NCBI GenBank assembly: GCA_036172245.1
Contig: JAYWIR010000005.1
Coordinates: 3,968,001 to 4,032,000, forward strand
Source of the DNA: Raillietiella orientalis
Lineage: Eukaryota
Direction: 5' to 3'
Length of the DNA stretch: 64,000 nt
Part shown: in pieces, positions 27,921 to 39,417 of the stretch
Position numbering within the stretch: the stretch's first letter is position 1
Layout: each line of letters starts with the position of its first letter
Notes under the pieces: model-generated
Database searches by the model: none
What the model saw: only the letters and a program-made list of their open reading frames with translations
Told to the model about the DNA's origin: nothing
Position numbers and translations under genes: made by a program

Positions 27921-29712
27921 CTACTTCTCGAACCAGGACCCGCCGTGGCCATCCTCGTGCAGCCTCCAGATGGAGGAGATGTTCCTGTAGAACTTGAAAG
28001 GCCTACGGAGATCGCTTCTGAGGGGGTTGGGCGCTCCGCGCGTTTCGGCCGCTCCAAGGACCTCCCGGTGTATCCTGAAGATTTTCCTGACCGCATGCTG
28101 GAAGAGAAGGGGAAGGGAGTGCGCAGCGCCGGCAGCGGGGAGAGAGGTCTCCTGGAGGCAGGGGAAGGGAAGGGATGGAGGTGCACCTCTGATCCGGTGC
28201 ACCCTTCCTCGTAGAAGGGTGCTCTACAGATGCTGCCGGGCGCCGCCGCCTCGGCCGAGGTCTCTGTGGGGATGGTGCGCGAGAGACGGACGGACGAGGG
28301 TGGGGAGGGAGGACTTACCAGGATCTGCGGCACCACCGAGTGCGTCAGAGACTGCAGCCACATCTTCTTCTGTTGCACGAAGTTCTTGTATTCGTTCCTC
28401 TCCTTCGCGTAGCCTTCCATCCGCGTGATGATGGTCGGCAGCTTCTTGTCCGTGGGGCCCCTCATCTGCAGGAGGCAATCGCGGTCGGGTCCCGGAGGCG
28501 GGAGCGCAGCTCCGAGGGAGGGGTGCCCACCTGACCGAAGCACTGCTCCATGTTCTCCAAGAGCAGGATCTCCACCTCCAGCCTCCGATTCACGTGCTTC
28601 AAGGAGAAGAGCTCGCAATCCACGGCGCTCTGGTCCAGTCCGGTATCCTCCACGAGGTGCGGGTCCTGCAAGAACTCAGCCGCCCTGAGCGCTTCCCGAA
28701 AGCGGGGCAAGGGGGCAGGAGAGTTCAGGACGCTTCCCCTCTCCTTTCCTTCCTGGTCCTCCCGTCCCCCAGCCCTGACCACGCCCTCACGTGGACGGGT
28801 TCGCTCCTTCTCGTCCCTTACCCGACAGTCCCCTCGGAGGGAGCGCCCACACTCATTGGTGCACCCCCTTTCTCGCGCCCATTCTAGATGGGGATGCAGG
28901 CAGGGAAGGAAGACTGACCTTCTCCATCGCCAGAAGCGCCCTCCGGAACTTCCTCTCGTAGGTCAGCTCCTTCAGCAGGTCGTCCGCCACCTGCTGCAGG
29001 TGCTCCGTCACGTAGACGAATTTGCACCTCATAAGCTGCAATCAGAATGACAACGGAATGACCTTGAAGCGGACTCTTTCAACCGGGCTCCCCGGTCCAG
29101 GGGGGCAAGGGAGGGGAGACAACGATGGGACAGCCCCGAACGCCCTGCCTCTGCTCTCGCGTGCGCTCACGCCTCAGCCGCCGACGAGAAGGCCACCGGC
29201 TGCCGGAGGCACCTGAATGCTGCCACCTTCTTCCTGCGTTCCCCGCGCAAAGCCCTGGGAAGGTCACGCCCGCTCACCCCCCTCGCTTCCTCTTTTCCCC
29301 TGGGCTGGGGTGCCGTCTGGTAGCATACGTCCACGCAGCTCTCCCAGGACCTCCGACTGACCCCGCCGCTTCTGCTGTCGACCAGAGGGGATGCTCTTGA
29401 GAGACCCCACCCACCCCGGGAGATGGAGGCGGTAGGAAACGCTCGGCCCCTTGGGGCCTTCCCTCTCCTCTCGCTCGCGGCTGTACTTACAGACAGCTGG
29501 TCATGCTTCGCGAAGGACTTCAGCTGCTGGAGGCACAGGAGGCGGGAGTCGCCTCCCAACACTTCGTCCTTCCTCCCCTGTCTGGAATCGCGTCCGTTCG
29601 CTTCCGGGTCCCCCACGTCGCCAGGGTCCTTCCAGGTCCTTTCCGGAGAGCTGCTGCTGCGGCGGTTCCTCGCGAGCACCTCCTCTCGACCTTCCTCGCT
29701 GGGGGTAGGTGA
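27921..29712 (-). CDS. Further orphan coding exons in the GC island: ~29490-29712, 28919-29035, 28531-28665, 28319-28465, 27921-28097 (same or second gene)
   Basis: Three consecutive exons of 117, 135 and 147 nt have CAG acceptors, donors gtcagt/gtgggc/gtaagt and are all phase 0. They read LMRCKFVYVTEHLQQVADDLLKELTYERKFRRALLAMEK-DPHLVEDTG...LEVEILLLENMEQCFGQ-MRGPTDKKLPTIITRMEGYAKERNEYKNFVQQKKMWLQSL...QIL-HAVRKIFRIHREV, an amphipathic, coiled-coil-like sequence. Confidence 0.6.
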
Positions 29713-29757
29713 CCTGAGGAGGGTGCCAGAAAGGCAGGTGAGGGAAGCCTCCTTCCC

Positions 29758-32080
29758 TCATGCCCCCCTCTGGCAGGGACTCGACGATGAGGGTAACGGG
29801 AGGGAAGTAGGACCGCGGCCGGGGAGCGTCTTCCCGGCCGCGAAGCTCAGTCTCCGCGGCGCCGGTAACGAGGTGGTCTCAGTCCGGCTCTTTCCCGATC
29901 TGGGGTTAGTGATGCACCCGGGGTGACTCAAGGAGACGGAGGGAGACCGCGCCTCAGCGGCAAGAGGCGGGAAGCGCGGGTTCCCGGAAAAACCGTTGCT
30001 GAGCTGAAGAGGGAGGGGGCGTTTCAGGCTAAGGCGTAGGCGTCTGAGGAGAAGGGAGGGGGGAAGGGAAGAGTTATGTCGGAGCTTGAGCTCGCCCTCC
30101 CTGGAGAGCTGGTCTCCCTGGTCCGGTGCGTCTCTCGGGGAGAAGGCGACCCTCCTCCCTTGGTGGGATTTCCATGAATCCAGAACCTCCACCGGGGAAG
30201 AGAGGGTCCGCCATCTTTCTTGCGAAGGTGGAGGATCCTCGCGCGCGGTTTCCGAAGAGGCGGAAGGAGAAACGACCTCGAGCCCCCGCGACCATCCCGC
30301 TGACCTTTCGTTCCTCTTCCTCCCTGCAGACAAGGAGTGGAGGCATTCCGCCAGCGCCTGCGCGCTCCCTTCCTGCGCTCTCGCCGGATGGGGAGGGAGG
30401 GGCTCCTCGTCGTCCTGGAGCGGTCCCTGCAGCTGCATCCTAACCTGCTTGCCCTTCTTCGGAGGAGCGCCATGCCTGCCGCGCCGCTCCTCGTCGGATC
30501 TCTCTCCGGAGGTGGCAGAAGGTCCGCGAAGGCACCCACGAGGGGGGAGGGGGAGGTGGCCGCTGAAGCCGCAGCGGCAGCAGGAAAGCAACGCCTGCTG
30601 CTGCTGCTGCCCTTGCCGAAACCCCTCGTGCTCCTCGCCGTCGGAACAGAGCCTGTTTTCCTGCTTCTCTTCCCGATCTTCCTCCTTTTGGGCCGGAGCT
30701 TGCTCCTCAGACGTGGACGTCGACGATGACGGCGTCGACGACCTCGACGACAGAGATGACGGAAGCGGAGGCGGCGACGGCGCTCCCGAGTGGCGGTGGC
30801 GGCAGCAGCAGCAGAGAGCCTCAGTGTCCGCCTCCAGGGTCCCGGCAACCTTTGCTCCCCCTCCGGACTGAGATGGAGAACGGGATGCGACATTAGGGGA
30901 GCAAGGGGGAGGATGTGAGGTGGAGGGGCGGAAGATGCGGCCGTTGCGGCGTGGGCGCGCCGCTTCAGTCTCTGGAAAGAGCTCTCTCTGGAGCTTCCGC
31001 AGGAAGGCGACCTTGTCTTCTATCTGCCGCAGGCACTGGGAGAGGCGCTTCCGCTCCGTCTTTCTCCTCCCGTAGCAGCGCCTCTGGATGAAAATGTACG
31101 ACTTGCTGAGGACGGTGAAGGCTTTCTCGAAGCGGTCTGGACCGTACATCTCCGGGAAGAAAGTGGCGGACGCAGAACCGTCGCTGGACCTCCGGGAGCG
31201 AAACAGCAGCAGCAGCTGCGCCACTACACCCACTATGCGCAGGTTGATGTCTTCCTCCACTTCTCCCACGTCGTTGTTCGCCTCCTCCTTCGTGGAGGAG
31301 GAAGAGGTGGGAGGGTGGCAGGCGGCACGGAGGGCGTGCTTCTCCTGCAGGAGGAACTCCAGGTGGCGGCGGGAATCTCTGGCGTCCCCCTTGCAAGGGT
31401 AAAGGGGCACGCGCCCGGGGTGACTGTCCTGCATCTCCTTGCAGCCGTCTCGTACTGTATCCAAAATGAGGGAAAGTGGACTGATGCCATCGTCTTCGAA
31501 GAGACCGTAGCGACGCAGCTTCCAGGCGATCTTGTAGCCGCAGGAGAGCGCGCTGCTCCTCATGCCCAGTTGCGACCCGCGACCGGCGTCTCTCGGTCTC
31601 TCACCGACAGAGAACCTCAGGTTGAGGTGAATGGTCTTCTCCGTCTTGCTGAAAAAGAAGAGAAGGGGAAGAGAGACAGACATGACAGGACGAGAATGGA
31701 AGAGGGAGGGATGATGCAAGCAAGGTGGACGATCCAGGAGCCCACCTCAGATCCCCTTCCCTTGGCAGGAAAGCTCCAGGAGCAGCAGCAGTCTGATGGC
31801 TCTCCCTGGAAGTCTCTTTTGTGCCTCTGTGGCCGCCGCTGCTGCTACTTCTGCTGCTTGAGGACAACAAACCAGCGTCATTGCCAACGCAACCCGTGGC
31901 GCAGTCTTCACCCCCAGCTTGGGCGGAGGTTTCTCTGCTGCCCTTCTTCTCGGAAGAAACTTTCTTAACAGTGGCGGATAGGGAGTCCTCCTTCCCCCAA
32001 AGCATGTCCTGGATGAGGCTCCTGGCATCCTCGAGACTGTCGCAGCACTTCATGGCCAGCTTCTTGCCCATCGCGGGCAT
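29758..32080 (-). CDS. Orphan spliced gene in the GC island: exon 31746-32080 plus long exon 29758-31648 (~740 aa if it stops at 29758)
   Basis: The ATG at 32080 is preceded by an in-frame stop. A phase-2 donor (ag|GTGGGC) and a polypyrimidine acceptor (ttcttttcAG) define intron 31649-31745, which joins exactly into the 653-aa ORF frame. The product has a helical-looking region (IAWKLRRYGLF...RLSQCLRQIEDKVAFLRKLQRELF) followed by S/P/R/E low-complexity sequence. Confidence 0.6.
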
Positions 32081-32747
32081 GTGTGCGCGGATTCACCTCT
32101 CGGAGACCAGGATGTGTGGGCAGAAGAGGGGGGATGAGCAGTGGCAGGTGGTGGGACCGCCCCGATTTGGAGGCAAAAGAAAGGAAGGTATTGAACTGCA
32201 AAATGACGGGGGAGAAAGGTCAGCTGCTCGCTAACTGACCGGCAGAAGCAGGGATGAGTCCTGTGCGATGGAAAACTAGAGAAGGATGCACTGGTATGGG
32301 GAGGCGGACGAGGGAGGGTAACGCTCAGAATTTGCACCGGGAGTACGAACGGATGGTTGTCGTGTAGCCGGCGGGGCAGTGGGACTGCCCCTGCGATCTT
32401 TTGCTCCTCAACAAGGAAAAAAAATCTAAATCTAGCTCGAGCGCTTTGTCATGGAAACAGAATTCCACTTCATTCTGTCTCCACGCATGCTCTCCTCCGC
32501 AGGGAACGTCTGCATGTATCTTCCCTTGCCCTGCTATGCCTTCGGCTGTCTCTGTTACCAACGAGTGGGTGATGATGATGGCGGTGGTGGTGGTGAAGCA
32601 GGTGATAAAGACAATGTGGATGATGGTGCCTTGAGAGATCCCTCTCTTCTTTTCTTCTCACCTCCATCCTCGTTTCCCCTGTGCGAATGGCCAAAGTCAA
32701 CAGAAAGACCACGATGCCCGCAGGAGATGAACTTTCCCTTGGAATAC

Positions 32748-33812
32748 CTTCCGCCTGCGGGAGGATGCCATTCTGAAATGGTGAGGACGCACACCTCAGA
32801 GTGGTTATTCGTCCTCTTCAGCAGCGCGCACACTCGAGGTTTCCGGCTTCTCTTTATCCACGGGTTCGTCTCCAGGCCGCTACCTTACGAATCCTCCCTC
32901 TGGTTGCTCCGTCCCTCTTCCGAAAGAAAGCACCAACGACAGCGACTGTGGTTCAAATCAGCCCCATCAGCACTACGCCCCAACTCGGGAAAGCTCTGAG
33001 AGATCGTGATGAAAAGAAACCAAACTTTTCTGAAGGGAAGATCTTCCATCGGAAGATCGTGATGCAAGGAGGGTGAGAGGAGGTGAGATTCCTACAGTCA
33101 CCTTCCCAGGAGAGACTTCAAAGCGCCCTGGATCAGGGACATCCTCGGAAAGCAGTGGTCTCGACTCTTCAAGGGTCTTCGAGTAGCGGTTTGCCATCCT
33201 GGGGGGTTTCTCAGGAGAGTAGGGCAGGGAAAGGGAATAGGAGAAAGGGCGTGAGCGAGCACCTCGCGGGAGGAAAAACCGTGAGGCGAGCCTCAATCCA
33301 GTCTCCACCTTGTGATATCCAGACGCAAACTGCTGCAACCAGAGGGCGGGAAAAGACTAGGAACATCGGAAGGAAACTTTCCTTATTTGCAGCACTCTGT
33401 GAATGAAGGGACGAGAGACCGACGGTATCCCAGGGCAAGGAAGAAGCCGCAGACCACCTCGAGACGCAAAGAGGAAAGTGCAGATGGAAACCACTTCCTG
33501 AAGGACAAGTATCTTGTTCACCTTTTGTTGCTCGGCACTTCCTCCTTTCTCACGCCTCCGACCACAATGACAATGGGCCGGAATAAAGTTAAAATGAGCT
33601 GATTTGGAGCACAGTCGCTGTCGTTGGTGCTTTCTTTCGGAAGAGGGACGGAGCAACCAGAGGGAGGATTCGTAAGGTAGCGGCCTTGAGACGAACCCGT
33701 GGATAAAGAGAAGCCGGAGACCTCGAGGGTGCGTGCTGCTGAAGAGGACGAATAACCACTCTGAGGTGCGCGTCCTCACCATTTCAGAATGGCATCCTCC
33801 TGCAGGCAGAAG
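32748..33812. repeat. 215-bp inverted repeat (arms 32748-32962 and 33598-33812) around a 635-bp spacer
   Basis: Manual alignment is ungapped with 9 mismatches. The ORF track shows the same peptide (GGCHSEMVRT...RPLPYESSLWLLRPSSERKHQRQRL) on opposite strands. Confidence 0.95.
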
Positions 33813-34395
33813 AGCGCGCCTTCTCGGAGCACTGTCCTCCGGTGGCAGAGAAATCGTTTCCAGCCTCCCAATTCCATGTAGCAAGACAAAAAAAAAATGG
33901 CCTAGAGAAATAGGTCGAGATCGTAACGGGAAAGGGTATCGTCCAAGAGTCGTTTGGGAGAATGAGGGAAGAACTAGATCGTTCCCACCAGATAAAAGAA
34001 CAGTCACGCTTTCTGGATGCTCCCAAACAAAAAACATTTCAAGAAAGATAGGAAGGCTTCTTTGGCTCTAGCTCTTAGCCCCTCCCTCTTTTATCATCTT
34101 TCCGAAAACCAGTATCGGCTTGCTTGTGACTGCTCCACGGAGGATGACAGCGAAGACTGGCTAGCATAATCTCATCAGTACTTGAATTAACACCTCGAAA
34201 AGATTCAAGATATCTTAAAGACGTCAAGAAAAGATGCCAAGATAAGGCAGCAATCAGAAGTCTTAACCAAAAATCAGTGATGATAGTGCCTATTCTTCGA
34301 GAAGAGAAAAAAGAACCCTTTTGAGACTTTCTTTTTCCCACAACTGGCTATAAATTCACGGAAATATGATTGCTAGCTCTGTGGATCACAGAAAC

Positions 34396-34472
34396 AATTT
34401 AATTTAATTTAATTTAAATTTAATTTAACATCTGTGCATCGGGGGCCTTCATGACCCCCGATGCACAGATGT
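34396..34472 (-). repeat. (AATTT)n microsatellite abutting a perfect 18-bp stem-loop; possible 3' end of a LINE/SINE
   Basis: acatctgtgcatcggggg (34428-34445), a 9-nt loop, then cccccgatgcacagatgt (34455-34472), directly next to aatttaatttaatttaatttaaatttaattt. Confidence 0.6.
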
Positions 34473-37100
34473 ATAAAAAAATTCACAATTTCTTTGCACA
34501 AATAGCATTAAAAATTTTCATTATCAAAATGTCATTAATAACGGAATTATTAGAATGCAATGCATACAAATTGCAATTGCTTAATTTTGTAGCTGAAATT
34601 TTTGAGTATTACTTGAGTTACACTTGGCAACTCTGACATTTCTAAGAGCTCTGGTAAAACGATTTCGAATTGCGGCACTTTGATCCTTTTTATTCCATTT
34701 TTTTTTCTGAAGCTCATGCACAGCAGTGACTCAGTTTATTCATTCGAATGTCAAGGAAAATAGCAAGTGTGAGTATGGATATCTTTGTACCAGATGGAAA
34801 ATTGGACTTTGGGCTCTCATGATATCTGTTAATTTTAATTGAAACACTTCTGTGTTTGACAAGTTCTCAGTAACTATGAAGCGTCACAGAATGAAAAATG
34901 CATTTCTCTTTTTACCTCAAGCTACCAAATAAACAGCCGGTTCCCCAAAAATTTCGTGAGAATTCCGCTCCAGCAGTTTGCTTTCTTCTACCTAAAAGCG
35001 TTTTCATTTTCCTTTCAGTAAACTGCAAGGAAAAAGTTTTGCTTTGAAAAAGTTGCGTTATCTCTAAGCGTACAAAGTGCACATTAAATTAAATCAAAAA
35101 TGTTGAGGCAGCAGAATTTTCGGAATCCATATTTACATGCTTTCCAAAATTCGTGTACGCTTGCACAGAATTGGAACTGTTTGTCGATGATTTCACCGTC
35201 TGATGAACACTCACTTTATCACGGAATCCCTTTGCCTTGTTTGTGTTCCTGTTCCAAACCGGCCAAGTTGACTTTCCTGGAAGCGTTCATCGTCTGGCTC
35301 TTGACGGTGATTAAATTCTTCGCGACGCAGTCCACAGCCTTTTGGTACAAATGATCCAACTGTAAAAAATAATGCACACTGGGGGAAAAAGCATGAGTCT
35401 CGTCTTACTGATTTTATGAGGTTTCAAGTGAAATTTATATTGGTACTTTTTATTTCCTTGTTTAGTTCAGTCGTCTAACGTATTTTCTATTTCAGTCTTA
35501 CCACTTCCTGCTGTTGTTTTACAGGTTAACCGTAATAAGTTTGAATATAGGATTACTAATTCAGTTATTTCTTACGAAGACGTGATAGTAATCACACCAC
35601 GGACCCCAAAAATCAGTTCACTTACAGTTGTTTGCTTAAATGGAATAATTTTAGCAGTGAGACGCCAGACAAGACACAATTATTGCAGTAAAAACTGTTT
35701 TAGGGATGGATTGATGTCTCAATTTAGCATATTAGCTTGATGAACCACGATTCCAAGTAATTTCACAGAAATGAAGCAAGATCATTATTTTTACTTATAT
35801 TTTAAAGGAAGGAATGCGTTAAGTAAAGAGAATGCATCCTGATTTCATTTGCAACAGATTCCAGGCAGGCAGAATTCTATGTAGTTCGCTTGGTTTTCAC
35901 ATTTGTGACCCAAGTTCGTTCGAGACACTGAAAAGTCCAAGCAAAATTTTTGAAAAATGTGCTGAGAACTTGATGAATTGACATTTTTAGCAGTTTTCGA
36001 GGAATCTGATAATTCGTTTCCCTCTACAACAAATGCATTCTCATTGCAAGTGCTTGATCACATCAAACGGAATTTCCATACTCGTTGAGCATAATGCGTG
36101 CTACGCACGTATTATGTTTCACATAAAACTTATGTGGTACCTTAATTCCTAATTAGCAAAACTTTAAGTACTCTACTTAGCAGCGATAGGTGCTATTCTT
36201 TTGATCTTTAAAGAATCTACTACATTTGCAAAATAACTGAGTTCGCTGCGAAGATGTGGACTGCACAGAACCGTGCTTGGTATTCTGATATGAGATCTTA
36301 GTTATGCTAATATCATACTTTTCCCTAAAAATAATTTCTGCCGTTAAAAAGGTGTACATCAAATTCACGTGAACCTTTTTAGAATTTGATCGTACGCAAC
36401 CTACGCGCGTAATGTTTACAAACAGTTCATGAAGGCCCCTCTTAGACACAGGCAGCATGACCCTAGAAATACGTTACAAGCATCGGTTTCAAATTCAGTT
36501 TCTGCATGAATAACCAATAGCTTTTAAATGTGGATCGTGCAGTTCCACCCCAGTTTACAAAAGTCACCAGTAACATCCTACAAGATCAGGTGGTGGGCAA
36601 GCAATGGATAGAATTCGTGATTGGCGTTACGTGCAGAAGAAGAAAGCGTTTGTCAGGTGTAAAGGGACTGTCAAAATCATTTGTAGCACTGGCCACTTAT
36701 TATACATGATTTCATGAAACAGTACTTTTCACATTTTCTTTGAAAAATGCTGCTCGGACGCCCTTGGTCACAAATTCATATCAAATTAGCCTTAAGAGTA
36801 GAATCGTGAAAAAAAAAAAAAAGAGAAAACCTTGGATTCAAATCGAAACAGTCAGATAAACTCTCGCGCATATAAATTTGATTTGAAACTAGCCAAGACT
36901 TTTTTTGTCAAAAAACCAAAAAAAAAAAAAAACGTTACTGACTTGTTATTCTCCAAGATGAGATGCTTTCATCGAACTTTTGACTTTGAAAGAAAAAAGG
37001 TTCCACTGACTGGAACTCATTTATTGAAATGTCTTTTCTCTACTTTATCTTAGTAGCGAAAGTAAAAGATCGGAAATGCTTTTTTTTAATGTATTTAATA

Positions 37101-39417
37101 TCAGGTATAAAATTCTGGCAGAATTGTCATTGGTTGACTAGTTGATGCCATGTAATTGCTATCATATTCTTCAAACAAATCAACAGGCTCAGTTTTTGGT
37201 ACAATCATGTCAAATTTTTCTTCATTGGATTTTTCTATTTCATTAGTTGTATTACTAACATCATTAGCACTAACATCAATACTGGGATGATTTTTTTCCT
37301 GATGCTTTAAAAGTAGGGTAGGTGTTTCATAACATGCCCCACACAAATCACAACAATTCAGCTTCAAATGCACTTTCTTGGCATGCTTCATGATTCCACT
37401 GCTTGTCTGACATACCTTCTTGTTGCAGTACTTGCACATATACAAACGTGTGTGACCTGTATGTACAACAAGGTAATGCTTTGAACGAAGAGTATCCTGT
37501 AAGAAGGTGAATGATTTGATCACAATTATCTGAACAAATTACTTGATCACTTTCTGAAGGACTTTTCTTCTCTCCATCATCTTGCATACTACTATCTGAA
37601 AATCCACCACTTGCATTCACAAAAGTTGAGGAATTCTGAGAGATCCCTGAGTGAGTTGAGGAAACAGGAGAAGGCTGCTCTTTGCTGTGTTCTTTGTTCT
37701 CCTCTTTTTTGCTTTCATCAGATGCATTCTTCTGCCGACTATAATTAATCCAATCCTTTTCATCAATTAGCATTTAAATGATGAATAAATGGACTGCATA
37801 CCCGTTTAGGATGTGCATGTGGGACATGCAAAACCAGTTTGCGCCGTTCTCCAAATGTCTTGTTGCAAATCAAACACTTGTATACTTCTAGATGTTTGAT
37901 ATGATGGAATCGGTAAGTTTTGCGATTACTGCTCACATGCATACACATGGAACACATCAAATTGTCAGAAAATGGAATATGCAATGAGGATTCAGAAGGG
38001 TATAACGTTAAAAGCAGATTCTTCAACTGGGTTGGTGTTTTAGCTTTATATTTGCTAATTGCATTTTTGTCATGATGCTTGCTTAGCATATTTTTCAGTT
38101 CATGCCTCTAAAAGAAGAATGCTAAAATGAGAAACACAAAGAAATTCTTATAAACCTTGTGCAAGACATGGATGTGCCTGAGTAAATTTGCCTTATTGCT
38201 GAATGCCTTGCCACACTGAGAACAGGTATGCTGTTCTGCATGTTCTTTGTTAACCTGAGAGTGAATTACTGCAGTATGTTCTGCAGTCTGGCAGAAACTA
38301 CAATGTCGATCTTTCATCTTTAATATTTTGAAACTTGTACAATTTGTGCTGCTAAGTCTGCCATCATGAAGTTTTCCTTAAAAAGAGGAAACTGATTTTA
38401 CAGAAAGGAGCATTTAGTTATACATACGTTTCCCAAGGGAAGACATAGCATCATTTTTGAATTCTTGCTAAAATATTGTTACAAATCATGACAAAGTGAT
38501 TGGCAGCCAATCATACCTTGTGCACATGACTCACATGAATTCTAAGTTTTGTACTTTCTCCAAAGCATTTTCGACAATACTGACATTTATAAAGTTGTTG
38601 ATGAATAGCCCAATGTTTACGGTATGAAATTCTAGATGCAAACGTGGTATGGCATTTTTTGCATTCAAGATCAAGAGGTACAATGCATTTTTTTTTCCTG
38701 CTTATCTTCCTTTTAATTGTCGTTGCTTTAATTACATTTGAAGATAAAGGTCTTATTCTTAGATTTGAACTGAATGGTTTCACAATTTTTTTTTCTTTAT
38801 TTTTGTCATTCTGCAACAAAGTTAAAAAAAAAACAAAAAAAAAAAAAAAACATGACCATCTAATTCCCATTTTATTAATCCTATTAACAAATATTATTTT
38901 GCTGCAAGCATCCACAAAACATGAATGAAACATAAGTATGACCTACTTCTGATTCAGTTAAAGATGCACTTGCACGGCCAACTTTCGGCTTCCCAATTTT
39001 GATTTTGAATTTCGGTAAGCTCTCCTCCTCCTTGACATCTTCCACGTTGGAGGGATTCTCTTGCAGTTCACAGCACTTGATTGCATCGATCTCCAGGAAC
39101 GCACCTATTTCTGATAATTTACCATGTTCCTCTTGTTCCAGTGCAACTCTTCCGTAGTAAATCAGGTGTAGCAGGTCGTACACCACCTCATAGTCGAAAT
39201 CGGGCAACGACAGGCTGATGTAGTCCTCGTTCCTGTCTGCAAGCAGGGTTCGGAGGACCGGGCTGACAGCAGACAACACGGCTTTGTGGCAGTTCACGAA
39301 GCCATCATTGCAGTATATGGTCGTGTCCACATAAGACTGGTTTTCGAAACACGTCCCGAAGGAGTCGGCAAAAGCGTTACTGTGCTCCTTCCAAGGTATC
39401 CGAATTCCTTCCGACAT
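37101..39417 (-). CDS. BTB/POZ domain + multiple C2H2 zinc-finger transcription factor, multi-exon
   Basis: Arthropod-type BTB (IPWKEHSNAF...YVDTTIYC...HKAVLSAVSPVLRTLL...LLHLIYYGRV) followed by many CxxC...HxxxH fingers. In-phase introns were identified at 38108-38155, 37756-37801 and 37497-37542. Confidence 0.88.

Larger units (their letters stand above)
25420..34070. other. Sharply bounded GC-rich island (roughly double the GC content of the flanks by eye)
   Basis: Abrupt compositional switch at ~25420 from the A-rich 24960-25400 tract, decaying to AT-rich after ~34070. Abundant CpG and overlapping shadow ORFs in all six frames. Confidence 0.9.

Noticed and set aside
25420..34070. Island as a bacterial or endosymbiont insertion or prophage
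   Set aside because: It contains spliceosomal GT-AG introns, and there is no operon structure or recognisable bacterial or phage gene.
25424..34071. Dozens of overlapping 60-290 aa ORFs in the GC island
   Set aside because: These are expected shadow ORFs from stop-codon scarcity at high GC. Only frames supported by phase-consistent splice sites were kept.
35220..35360. Exon-like stretch LDHLYQKAVDCVAKNLITVK... after a good acceptor on the minus strand
   Set aside because: It could be a terminal exon, but no upstream partner exon or family could be established.
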